Shown here: positions 1 through 8,904 of the stretch, one piece after another | How the letters are laid out: each line of letters starts with the position of its first letter | Numbering within the stretch: the first letter of the stretch is position 1 | Virus record (IMG/VR): IMGVR_UViG_3300006169_000011 | Coordinates: 1-44,813 of that record | Origin: a virus | Lineage: Duplodnaviria; Caudoviricetes | DNA: 44,813 bases | Reading direction: 5' to 3' (one strand) | Notes under the pieces: model-generated | What the model was told of the DNA's origin: nothing | Database searches by the model: none | What the model saw: only the letters and a program-made list of their open reading frames with translations | Made by a program: the position numbers and the translations under genes

Positions 1-47
1 AGGAAAGTTGCTAACCAATCACGATTTGATTGGGAGGTGAAAATTTA

Positions 48-644
48 ATGGCTTACGACAAGAAGAATGTTATTGTCGGTGCAGCAGCGTTGTACGTCGG
101 ACCACCAGGCACGACGGCTTTTACCACGCCGCCAGCGACAGCGGCAGCGTGGCGTGATGCTGACCTGGCTACAGACCTAGGAACCGGATGGGACCACGTT
201 GGATATACCCAGGAGGGTGTCGAAGTTTCATACGAGCCTGACTACGGTGACGTTGAGGTTGACCAGTTGCTCGACTCTGCTCGTATTTTCAAGCAGTCTA
301 TGAGGGTTATGGTTAACACCACTCTTGCGGAGGCAACTCTAGAGAACTTGCTACTTTCATGGGGTCGTCCTGACAGCGATATCACGGCGGGTGCGACTGA
401 CATTAAGGGTGGTGCTCTAGGTGAGTCACCTTTCGAGAGAGGTCTCGTGGCTGTAGGTAACAGCGCCGAGGGTGCTTCAGGATATGGAGTAAGGGCGTAC
501 CGCCTGTACCGTGCAATTTCATCGGACACTACGGCTCACGCAATGAGGCGTAACGAGCCTACGGTATTCTCCTGCTCATTCCGTTGCCTACCAGATGACG
601 CAACAGGAAGTTACGGTAAGATTACGGACGTAGCAGCAGCCTAA
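48..644 (+). CDS. Major tail (tube) protein
   Basis: ATG at 48 behind SD GGAGGTGA; motif GYTQEGVEVSYEPDYGDVEVDQLLD typical of actinophage tail tube proteins; lies upstream of chaperones and tape measure. Confidence 0.85.
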   Translation: MAYDKKNVIVGAAALYVGPPGTTAFTTPPATAAAWRDADLATDLGTGWDHVGYTQEGVEVSYEPDYGDVEVDQLLDSARIFKQSMRVMVNTTLAEATLENLLLSWGRPDSDITAGATDIKGGALGESPFERGLVAVGNSAEGASGYGVRAYRLYRAISSDTTAHAMRRNEPTVFSCSFRCLPDDATGSYGKITDVAAA

Positions 645-655
645 GTTTCAGACTT

Positions 656-695
656 TGCAGGCCACCGCTTTCGGGCGGTGGCCTGCACATTTTTG
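656..695 (+). terminator. Rho-independent terminator after major tail gene
   Basis: 13-bp perfect stem TGCAGGCCACCGC/GCGGTGGCCTGCA, T-TTCG-G loop, followed by CATTTTTG. Confidence 0.85.
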
Positions 696-721
696 CTCTT
701 TTACAATGCCTATGGTATGAT
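693..721 (+). promoter_or_regulatory. Sigma70/HrdB-type promoter for chaperone-tape measure operon
   Basis: TTGCTC-17 bp-TATGAT with TG extension. Confidence 0.6.
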
Positions 722-744
722 TGACTTACTACAAAGGAGGAAAA

Positions 745-1152
745 TTGGCAACTACAGTATTCACCGTCCAAGATATCACACTACAAGATGATACCAAAGT
801 GACACTAAAGCCTCTACCGATTAAGAAACTCAGAAAGTTCATGTCGGCATGGAACGAAATGGGAGAAACCGATGGTTCCGAAGAGGCTGGGTTCGACGTT
901 CTCATCAAGTGCGCTGGAATTGCACTGGAGACCGAACTGAAGGCAAAAGGAAAGTTGGACAAGGAACTACCCGCATTCAACGACGAGGGTGCCCTGGTAG
1001 ACGAGTACAAGGAATATCTAGAGGAAACCCTGGACATAGAGACAATCTACAAGGTTCTAGAGGTCACTGGCGGACTTAAACTCAATGACCCAAAACTAGC
1101 GGAGGAGATTCAGAGGGCTCAACTGGCGCAACTTGGGAAGAATTCGACCTAG
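745..1152 (+). CDS. Tail assembly chaperone (gpG-like)
   Basis: TTG start after SD AAAGGAGG; lies between tail tube and tape measure; overlapped by a -1 frame ORF. Confidence 0.8.
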   Translation: MATTVFTVQDITLQDDTKVTLKPLPIKKLRKFMSAWNEMGETDGSEEAGFDVLIKCAGIALETELKAKGKLDKELPAFNDEGALVDEYKEYLEETLDIETIYKVLEVTGGLKLNDPKLAEEIQRAQLAQLGKNST

Positions 1153-1439
1153 TTGAACTAGAGGCCGAGGCTTTCATGGCCTGCCCTGGTGCCTGGCACA
1201 ACTTCGAACATATGGAGGAAAATCTTACCTTGGAGGAACTGAAGGTTCTGGTTGACACAAGCCGAAAGAAGACTGAGCGCGAGCAGAAGTTTGCTGCCGC
1301 GCTCAAAGGTATTGATATCGACAAGGGTAAGAATGACGAAGCGGTGGAAGAGGTTCAGCGCAGAGTTGCGGCCAAACTACAGAACAAGTCCGAAGAAGCA
1401 GTTAAGTGGGAAGGTGGCGGCTTCGACTACGAAGGATGA
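745..1439 (+). CDS. Tail assembly chaperone, -1 frameshift extension (gpGT-like)
   Basis: -1 frame open from 1089 to 1439 (WEEFDLVELEAEAFM...EENLTLEEL); candidate slip site CTT GGG AAG AAT at 1132-1143. Confidence 0.7.
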
Positions 1440-1450
1440 GGTGACCTAAT

Positions 1451-4400
1451 TTGCAGAACATCGACATTAACTTCATAGGTCATGGTAATTTTGCCCAGGT
1501 TCAGGGGCAGGTCGCCGCGCTTAAAAAGCAGTTTGATGCTCTGAACGTGGCTATGAATCGTGCTGCCTCGCCGCTAACGGGTGGCACGGTAAATCCAGAG
1601 GCATATCGAAATGTAGCACGCTCAGCAGAGCAGATGAGCGCCACCTTCCGTGCTGCCGCTGCATCCTCAGGACAATTCAATATTCATCAGTACCGTGGAA
1701 TCTCTGCGGCTGAGCAGTATACCCAACTTCTACAGAAGCAGAAGTTGGGTCTTTCACAAGTAACAAAGGGAATGGGGACCCTCAAAGCAGCCTACCGCGA
1801 GCAACTCGCCCTGCGCCAGTCGTTCTTCACACAATGGGGACGAGACGAGGCCGGTAGAATCGTTGGAGACCTAGCAGTTCCAAACGCAGTACACAAGAGT
1901 TGGGACACATTCGCCAATAGGGCCGGATTCGCCAGAGAGGTTCTGAGGTCTGTCTCCACCGCCACGATTAACTGGGGTAAGAATGTCCAGTGGGCCGGTA
2001 GACAGTTGATGGTAGGTTTCACCATGCCTATTGCTGCATTCGGAGCAGCAGCAGCAGTATCATTCTACAAGGCAGACCAGCAACTAACTCGTATCGCCAA
2101 GGTTTATGACACCACCGCTAAGGGAGTCATGGCCCAGGAGAGGGAACTCGCAAAACTTCGTGCGGATTCCATGAAGACCGGCGAGGTTGCTGCACAGCAG
2201 TATGGTGTGGCTTTGGAGGATACGTTGTCTATTGAGGCCGACTTTGCCGCTACCGGCCTTCGTGGCGAGGAACTTATGAGGTCCACCACGGAAACATTGA
2301 AGAACGCAACACTTGGTGAAATCGACCATCAAGTTGCTCTAAAGGCAACCATCGCCCTACAGAGCATCCTTCAGCAGAGCGCCCAGGAAACCGCTGACTC
2401 ATGGGCATACATGAACGCCGTTGAAAACGCCACCAGCCTGAGCATGAGCGACTTCGCTGAGGCAATCCCTATTGCCATGGGACCGCTGGAGAAGATGGGC
2501 GGAAATCTGCAAGACCTTGGAACATTGCTCGTTGCCATGAAGGAACGTGGAATTGAGGCAAACCAGGGCGCAAACGCAATCAAGTCCATGATGCAGAGGC
2601 TCTACCGTCCTTCACAGCAAATCCGTGAAGAATGGCAGGCGATGGCCGGTGTCAACCTGAAGCAACTGGTATCACAGTCCGATAGCGTTATGGAGATTCT
2701 GAAGGGTCTTGATACAGCAACCAGAAACCTACCGGATGAGAAGAGAATTCAACTTCTCGGTGGACTATTCGGAACCTACCAAGTAACCCGTATGTCTGCC
2801 ATGATGGAAGGTCTGACCGAGGGAACAAAGCAGGTTAGCCGAGTCCTTGACGTCAACAACGACAGTGTGGCACAATGGCGCAGAATTCAAGACCGAGAGT
2901 TGGAGAAGTGGCAGAACTCGGTATCCGGTCGATTCAAGACCGCAATTGCAGAGTTGAAGGTCCAACTCGCAGAAATGGGCGAGCCGTTCCTCAACGCCGC
3001 CACCTCTGTCCTTGAAGTTGTCACGAAGATTATCGGCGCATTCAACGACCTACCAGAAGGCGTAAAGAAGTGGGCCATGCTTTTGGCTGTGGCCACCGCC
3101 ATTGCCGGTCCTATAATCATGCTCATCGGTCTTACCGCCAACCTCGTAGGATGGATTGGCAAGTCGGCGGTAGCCATGATAGGACTCGCCACAAGATTCA
3201 AGATTCTTGACAGAGACAGCGTTGCCGCAAAGGCAGCCTCCGACCTGGCCACCAAGGGATTTGTGACCCAGACCGAGGCAATAGTAATGCAGACACAGGC
3301 CATGAACGCTCTACACAAGTCTTATGTGGCAGCAGCACAAGCCGCAGGGTTCATGCCCACCGCTGCACAAGCCGCTGCCGCGCAGCACGGAATAATCGGC
3401 TCTAGTGCGCTTTATGCCGCCACAGGAAGGGCATACAAGCCAACATATAACCCCGCCACTCCACCGAAGACCGGAGGTCTGGGAGGCGCATCTGGTGTTA
3501 TGATTCTTCCTCAATCTACATATGACAAGATAGATGATGCAACTCGTGGAGCCGCAAACAACACCAAGGAAATGAGTTCCGGTATGAAGATGGCAGCAGC
3601 CAGCAGCGGGCTCATGGTCGGCTCTATGGCAGCAATGGCACTAACCAGCAACGAGACAGCAAACAACATCGCCATGTGGGGAATGTACTTTGCCATGTTC
3701 GTTCCGATGCTTTCCGGCCTGGGAACTCTCATGAAGGGGCTCACCGCAGCCAACCTCGCTGCCGGTGCAAGCAAGACCGCAGGATTCCTGAAGAGTGCAG
3801 TAACCTTTGTTCCTAGACTTGCAATGGGAATGGTGACCGGACTCGCAGCGGCGGGCGGTATTGTTACCGCTATTGGTGCCATTGCCGCAGGTCTAGCATT
3901 AGTACAAGCAAAGTCAGACGACGTAGCAGAGAAATGGGATGGAATAGCCAGCAGCGGAAAGGAATGGGCCGGTGTTCTAGGGTTCTCTCACCAGGAAGTC
4001 GGAACAACCGTTGACCCGTCCACAGGTGAAGCCGTCAAGAGCATGGCCGACAGAATCAAGGAAGTCCGCGAGAACATGCCTGACGTTGTTTCAGCAATCA
4101 AGGACGCCAAGAACGAACAACAGGCAATGGACATTGCAATCCGCCAGGGACTCCAGGTATACCGTGAAGGCGGTACAGCCGCAGATGCCCTAGAGGCAAT
4201 CAAACTATCCCTGACAGCAGCATTCGACAGCGCAGCAAAGGCAAAGAGGATGATGCTGAGGTTCGATGTTAAGCCGATGTTCAAGACCGACGACACTGTT
4301 ATCAAGACTGAGATGACACAGATGGTCAGGCAGATGAGAATAGCCTACAACGACGCAATGGAGAAGTCGAATTGGGAGAGTGTCTGGGACTTCATCACTC

Positions 4401-7400
4401 GTGACGACCAAAGTCTGAACGAGGGCTCCCAGCAGCAGGCCGCAAATGCCGCAAAGACATGGTATGCTTCATGGGTCAACCAGTCCAGAAAAGGCAAGAT
4501 GGACATGTTCCGCGAAGTCGAAGGACAGTTCAAGGAAGCCCGAGAAAACATCTTCTCAGGAGTGACAACAAACAGAGAAGCAATGTCCATGCTGGGCCGA
4601 GCCGGTATCCAGGGTGTCGAAGGCATCATCGGAAAGTTCTACGAGTTGCAGAGAATCCAGAAGAACTTCGGAGAGTTCCAGAGAAAGAACCAGCCAGCAT
4701 GGAAGGCAATTGAGAATGCCTTCGCTGCCGCAGGAATGGACGCCGAGAAGTTGTTCAACAAGTTCCGCCAGGTCACATCAGCCCAAGGAATCTTCATTCG
4801 CAACTTGGCTCTGGAGGCCGGTCTGTCAGAGGAAGCCGCAAACAACATTCAAGGAATGGAAGGCTTCATCCGACGCATGGTTCCAGGCTCAATGAAGATT
4901 CGTGACGCATTCCGTGGCTACACGGCAGCATGGCAGGGAATGGATGCCGCTATCAGAATTGCTTCATTCGGCCAGAAGGGAATCACCAAGGAACAGAAAC
5001 TTCAGATTCTCAACCAGTGGAGAGTAAAGGCCGGTCTACAGGAAACCAACAACCTCGCTGATGGATTCAAGGTTCGTGTCAAGGATGCCACCGCTGCCGC
5101 AAAGGAACAAGGCGGCGTTCACGATGAGAACATCAAGAAGATAAAGAAGCAGGCCGAAGAGGTTGCCAGAATTGCCGCAGCATGGCAGAAGGTGGACAAG
5201 GCCGCTGCCCTCCGTGGAGCATTCGAAGAGACCATGCAGGATATCGCTGACATTGCCACAGAGAATTTCGAGGCACGCGAGGAAAGGGCAATGAAAGCCC
5301 TCGATGCTCGCGCTGAAGCACGCATGGACTCATTCGAAAGAAGGTCCGAGCAGATTTCCAACAGGTTCGACCGCCAGATGGAACAGATGCAGCGCGAGCA
5401 GGAACGTGAGACCGAGCAGTTGCAGCGTGAGCAGGAGCGTGAGACAAACCGCCTACAGATTCAGCAAGAAAACCAGATGAACCGTTTCGACAACCGCTGG
5501 GAAGCAAGAACCGAGGCGGTAGAGGACCATTATGACAAGCGTATAGACCGTGTAAACAAGGCAATCAGGGCTGAGGAAAGAGCAGAGGAAATCCGCCAGC
5601 GCATCTTCGATGCAGAGGCCACCCGAATTCAGCGACTCAACGATATGGCGAACCGCCAGATTGACTTCAGCCTTGCTCTTAACACAGGAGACTTCGATGA
5701 AGCAGCAAGGGTCAGAAATGATGCTTCCGCCCAGGTTGAGCAGTGGGCACTGGAAGACGCCGGAAATGCAGCAAAGAACCGCTCAGAGCGCAGGGTCAGC
5801 AGGCTACAGAACACCCTCGACAGAATCGAGAAGGAGCGCGACACCCGCATAGAAGCCCTTCAAGATATGGAAGAGGCTCACCGCCGACGCCTGGAGCGTG
5901 AACAGCAGCGTGAGCAGAGGGCTTTGGAGCAGTCTCAGCAAAGAGAGCAGAGAGCACTCGAAAACAAGCAGAAGCGTGAGCAGCGTGCAATGGAGCGTGA
6001 GCGCGAGCGTTGGGAGCGCCAGAACGAGCGTCGTCGTGAGCAACTACAGGATGAAATCGAGATGGAGCGCGAGGCGGCAGAGAAGATTTGGGAGACCCGC
6101 CGAGACCACCTCGACAAGCAAATAGAGAAGTTCCAGAACTTCATCCCTCGCAATGAGGCAATGCTGAAGAAGCACACCCAGCGTCTACTCGGTGAGTACA
6201 TCGACACCGGAAAGTCCATTGAAGGAAAGGCCAAGGACTGGTCCGGTAGAATCGGTGACTTGCTACAAGAGAACGTCCGTGATGCAGCACGCTCCATTAA
6301 GTCTGATATCAACTGGGAGGCGGTAGGTAACTCTGCTGCCACCGCTGTTATCCGTGGCGCATTCGGAATGAGCAAGAACGAATTCTTCAAGTGGCTTGGT
6401 CTGCCAGGAAGCGCCGGTAAGGGTGCAGACGGTGGTGGCGGAAAGAACAACGAGAAGAACCGAATGACACCACAGGAACGTCGCAATATGAAGCGCAACG
6501 TTGGCCCTATCCGTCGTCACACCGGAGGTGTCATCGGAATTGGTGGAGACAGCGGCCCTGGTGGAACGCCACGAGGAAGCAAACAAGAAGTGCCATTCAC
6601 CGGACTAAAGGGTGAGGGTGTTCTTAACACCCAGGCTATGAGCCGTCTCGGCCCTTCTGGATTCAGGTCACTAAACGACGGAAGTGCATTCAGCCATTCA
6701 TCAGCAGGAATTCGAAGCGGTAAGCACCGTGGAGGATTCGGAGAGGGCGTCGCTGGTCTTCTAGGTGGATTCACCGCTGGTGTATCCGGTATGATGGTCG
6801 GCGCTGTCAAGCAGGCGGTACTTCAAAAGGGTCGTGAGCAGCAGGCCCTAGACGCAGCAGCCAGTGGAATGTTCACCGCTGGAAAGGCCGGTATGTATGG
6901 TGGTCGATTCTTCGGTAAGGAACAACTGAGAAACGCAGCAATCATCGCGTCGGTCGGTAGCAGGATGAGAATGAGCCCACGCGACATTATGATTGGTATT
7001 ATGACCGCTATTACCGAGTCCGGTCTTATCAACGTAAAGTTCGGTGACCGTGACTCTCTCGGTCTGTTCCAGCAGCGTCCTAGCCAGGGCTGGGGAAGTC
7101 CAAAGCAGGTTACCGACCCAGAATATGCATCACGCAAGTTCTTCCAGGCCCTAAAGAGAATCAAGAAGCGTGACGGAATGACTCCATGGATGGCAGCACA
7201 GTCGGTCCAGAGGTCCGGTACAGCCGATGGTTCCAACTATAAACCATACTGGGATGATGCACAGGCAATCTTCGGAAGAGGACTGAAGGAGTCTGAGATT
7301 GCAGGGGTCAGAAGCGGAGGCCACAGATACCCAGGAGTCGAGCCGGTAAAGCCATGGGTACGTGAAGCCGCTGAATACCTAGGTGCACTACATGATATCA

Positions 7401-8356
7401 AGACCATCGGTGGCTACCGCCCGACAAGCGCCGTAGCAAACTCCGACCACCCTAAGGGACTCGCGCTCGACCTTATGACCCGCAACTTCGCACAAGGTAA
7501 CGCAATTGCCAAAACTGTCGAAAGAATGTGGAAGGTGCTTGACGTTACCTACATGATTTGGAAGCAGCGCATCAAGACAAACCCACGTGGACGCTGGGAG
7601 CGCATGGAGAATCGTGGAAGTCCAACGGCAAACCACATGGACCACGTTCACCTTTCCTTCCAGAAGAGGGGAGACCTGGACAACCTGCTGAGGTCCGGTA
7701 GAGTGGGTGACGGTCCTCCTATTCACGGTAAAGGAAAGAAGCACCGCCCAACCAGAAGAGGAACCCCAATGTCCCGTGGTGGTGCAGTCCACGACCAGTA
7801 TACCGGATATCCCGCCCTCGACATTGACGGTCAGACCGGAGACCCCATTTACGCCATTAGGAATGGTCGTGTAACCAAGGTAAGACACCTTGGATACTCA
7901 TATGGAAATCACATCTACCTGGACCACGGTGGATTCAGTTCCCTGTATGCCCACCTAAAGAGCACCAAGGTACGTGGCGGGCAGAAGGTCCGCTCCGGTC
8001 AGATAATTGGTAGAATGGGTAGCACCGGGCACTCCACCGGCGACCACCTCCACTTCGGAGTAACCAGACCACCGGGACCACGAGCATACTACCCTAACCT
8101 CAATGTAGGCGGAAACATCAAGTGGGACAACACCATCGCCAACCTCCACAAGAACGAGACCGTGCTGACCGAGCCGCTGAGCCGTCAACTGAAGGACGGT
8201 ATCGCAAATCTTGACAGAGGAACTGGAGACGTGTATGATATTGATATCTCGTATGCGGACCCAACCGTTGACCCTAGGAAACTGGCTGACGATGTTATCA
8301 GGGAGATTGACCGCAAGAAGTCCAGAACAGGAGTGAGAAGGACACTTAGACCATGA
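1451..8356 (+). CDS. Tape measure protein with C-terminal lysozyme-like, LAS/M15-like and M23 peptidase domains
   Basis: 2301 aa; TP901-type TMP core, Ala/Gly-rich hydrophobic stretches, long coiled coil; motifs DRDSLGLFQQRPSQGWG..VQRS, HPKGLALD..HMDHVHLSF, ALDI..LYAHL..STGDHLHF. Confidence 0.93.
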   Translation: MQNIDINFIGHGNFAQVQGQVAALKKQFDALNVAMNRAASPLTGGTVNPEAYRNVARSAEQMSATFRAAAASSGQFNIHQYRGISAAEQYTQLLQKQKLGLSQVTKGMGTLKAAYREQLALRQSFFTQWGRDEAGRIVGDLAVPNAVHKSWDTFANRAGFAREVLRSVSTATINWGKNVQWAGRQLMVGFTMPIAAFGAAAAVSFYKADQQLTRIAKVYDTTAKGVMAQERELAKLRADSMKTGEVAAQQYGVALEDTLSIEADFAATGLRGEELMRSTTETLKNATLGEIDHQVALKATIALQSILQQSAQETADSWAYMNAVENATSLSMSDFAEAIPIAMGPLEKMGGNLQDLGTLLVAMKERGIEANQGANAIKSMMQRLYRPSQQIREEWQAMAGVNLKQLVSQSDSVMEILKGLDTATRNLPDEKRIQLLGGLFGTYQVTRMSAMMEGLTEGTKQVSRVLDVNNDSVAQWRRIQDRELEKWQNSVSGRFKTAIAELKVQLAEMGEPFLNAATSVLEVVTKIIGAFNDLPEGVKKWAMLLAVATAIAGPIIMLIGLTANLVGWIGKSAVAMIGLATRFKILDRDSVAAKAASDLATKGFVTQTEAIVMQTQAMNALHKSYVAAAQAAGFMPTAAQAAAAQHGIIGSSALYAATGRAYKPTYNPATPPKTGGLGGASGVMILPQSTYDKIDDATRGAANNTKEMSSGMKMAAASSGLMVGSMAAMALTSNETANNIAMWGMYFAMFVPMLSGLGTLMKGLTAANLAAGASKTAGFLKSAVTFVPRLAMGMVTGLAAAGGIVTAIGAIAAGLALVQAKSDDVAEKWDGIASSGKEWAGVLGFSHQEVGTTVDPSTGEAVKSMADRIKEVRENMPDVVSAIKDAKNEQQAMDIAIRQGLQVYREGGTAADALEAIKLSLTAAFDSAAKAKRMMLRFDVKPMFKTDDTVIKTEMTQMVRQMRIAYNDAMEKSNWESVWDFITRDDQSLNEGSQQQAANAAKTWYASWVNQSRKGKMDMFREVEGQFKEARENIFSGVTTNREAMSMLGRAGIQGVEGIIGKFYELQRIQKNFGEFQRKNQPAWKAIENAFAAAGMDAEKLFNKFRQVTSAQGIFIRNLALEAGLSEEAANNIQGMEGFIRRMVPGSMKIRDAFRGYTAAWQGMDAAIRIASFGQKGITKEQKLQILNQWRVKAGLQETNNLADGFKVRVKDATAAAKEQGGVHDENIKKIKKQAEEVARIAAAWQKVDKAAALRGAFEETMQDIADIATENFEAREERAMKALDARAEARMDSFERRSEQISNRFDRQMEQMQREQERETEQLQREQERETNRLQIQQENQMNRFDNRWEARTEAVEDHYDKRIDRVNKAIRAEERAEEIRQRIFDAEATRIQRLNDMANRQIDFSLALNTGDFDEAARVRNDASAQVEQWALEDAGNAAKNRSERRVSRLQNTLDRIEKERDTRIEALQDMEEAHRRRLEREQQREQRALEQSQQREQRALENKQKREQRAMERERERWERQNERRREQLQDEIEMEREAAEKIWETRRDHLDKQIEKFQNFIPRNEAMLKKHTQRLLGEYIDTGKSIEGKAKDWSGRIGDLLQENVRDAARSIKSDINWEAVGNSAATAVIRGAFGMSKNEFFKWLGLPGSAGKGADGGGGKNNEKNRMTPQERRNMKRNVGPIRRHTGGVIGIGGDSGPGGTPRGSKQEVPFTGLKGEGVLNTQAMSRLGPSGFRSLNDGSAFSHSSAGIRSGKHRGGFGEGVAGLLGGFTAGVSGMMVGAVKQAVLQKGREQQALDAAASGMFTAGKAGMYGGRFFGKEQLRNAAIIASVGSRMRMSPRDIMIGIMTAITESGLINVKFGDRDSLGLFQQRPSQGWGSPKQVTDPEYASRKFFQALKRIKKRDGMTPWMAAQSVQRSGTADGSNYKPYWDDAQAIFGRGLKESEIAGVRSGGHRYPGVEPVKPWVREAAEYLGALHDIKTIGGYRPTSAVANSDHPKGLALDLMTRNFAQGNAIAKTVERMWKVLDVTYMIWKQRIKTNPRGRWERMENRGSPTANHMDHVHLSFQKRGDLDNLLRSGRVGDGPPIHGKGKKHRPTRRGTPMSRGGAVHDQYTGYPALDIDGQTGDPIYAIRNGRVTKVRHLGYSYGNHIYLDHGGFSSLYAHLKSTKVRGGQKVRSGQIIGRMGSTGHSTGDHLHFGVTRPPGPRAYYPNLNVGGNIKWDNTIANLHKNETVLTEPLSRQLKDGIANLDRGTGDVYDIDISYADPTVDPRKLADDVIREIDRKKSRTGVRRTLRP
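5377..5480 (+). repeat. 33-bp (11-aa) tandem repeats in tape measure, block 1
   Basis: MEQMQREQERE TEQLQREQERE TNRLQIQQENQ. Confidence 0.75.
5892..6040 (+). repeat. 33-bp (11-aa) tandem repeats in tape measure, block 2
   Basis: LEREQQREQRA LEQSQQREQRA LENKQKREQRA MERERERWERQ. Confidence 0.75.
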
Positions 8357-8904
8357 GTTTCAACAAACTGGTGAAGCCAGAGATAATGACCTGGCGCAAG
8401 AGCAACTCGGACCCCGAGATTATCGTAACGGACCACAACAGGGGCGCACTGTCAATCGACACCGAGGAAATTGCCAAGCAGCAGAGAATGGTGAACGGCA
8501 CGCTGCGCAAGTTCATCGTGGCCGAGAAGCGCACAATCTCAATGTCATGGGAAATGCTGCCGACAGCAGTCGGGGCGGTAGTCGGTGGAGAGTCCAACGG
8601 CACCTATTACGGTACCAGCACACTCCAAATACTAGGCGGCGATGGAATCAGAGACTTCATCCGTGACGTTAGGTCCAAGTCTTCATGTGATGCGGACTTC
8701 TACGTAAGGCTGTATCGTGGAGACGACAAGCGACCAGATGACGCAACCAGAGTCCAGGCTGACATTGACAAGATTCTGAACCGCAAGGACGACATTCACG
8801 TGATGGTTGAAGACCTGTCCTGGGACATTCAGAAGAGAGGCGCAACCTACGAAGGAATCCCCTACGACTTTTGGAATGTGTCGGTGACTCTCGTTGAAGT
8901 ATAG
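8353..8904 (+). CDS. Minor tail protein (distal-tail-like)
   Basis: ATGA-coupled to tape measure; RMVNGTLRK..KRTISMSWEMLP and C-terminal WNVSVTLVEV pattern. Confidence 0.7.
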   Translation: MSFNKLVKPEIMTWRKSNSDPEIIVTDHNRGALSIDTEEIAKQQRMVNGTLRKFIVAEKRTISMSWEMLPTAVGAVVGGESNGTYYGTSTLQILGGDGIRDFIRDVRSKSSCDADFYVRLYRGDDKRPDDATRVQADIDKILNRKDDIHVMVEDLSWDIQKRGATYEGIPYDFWNVSVTLVEV

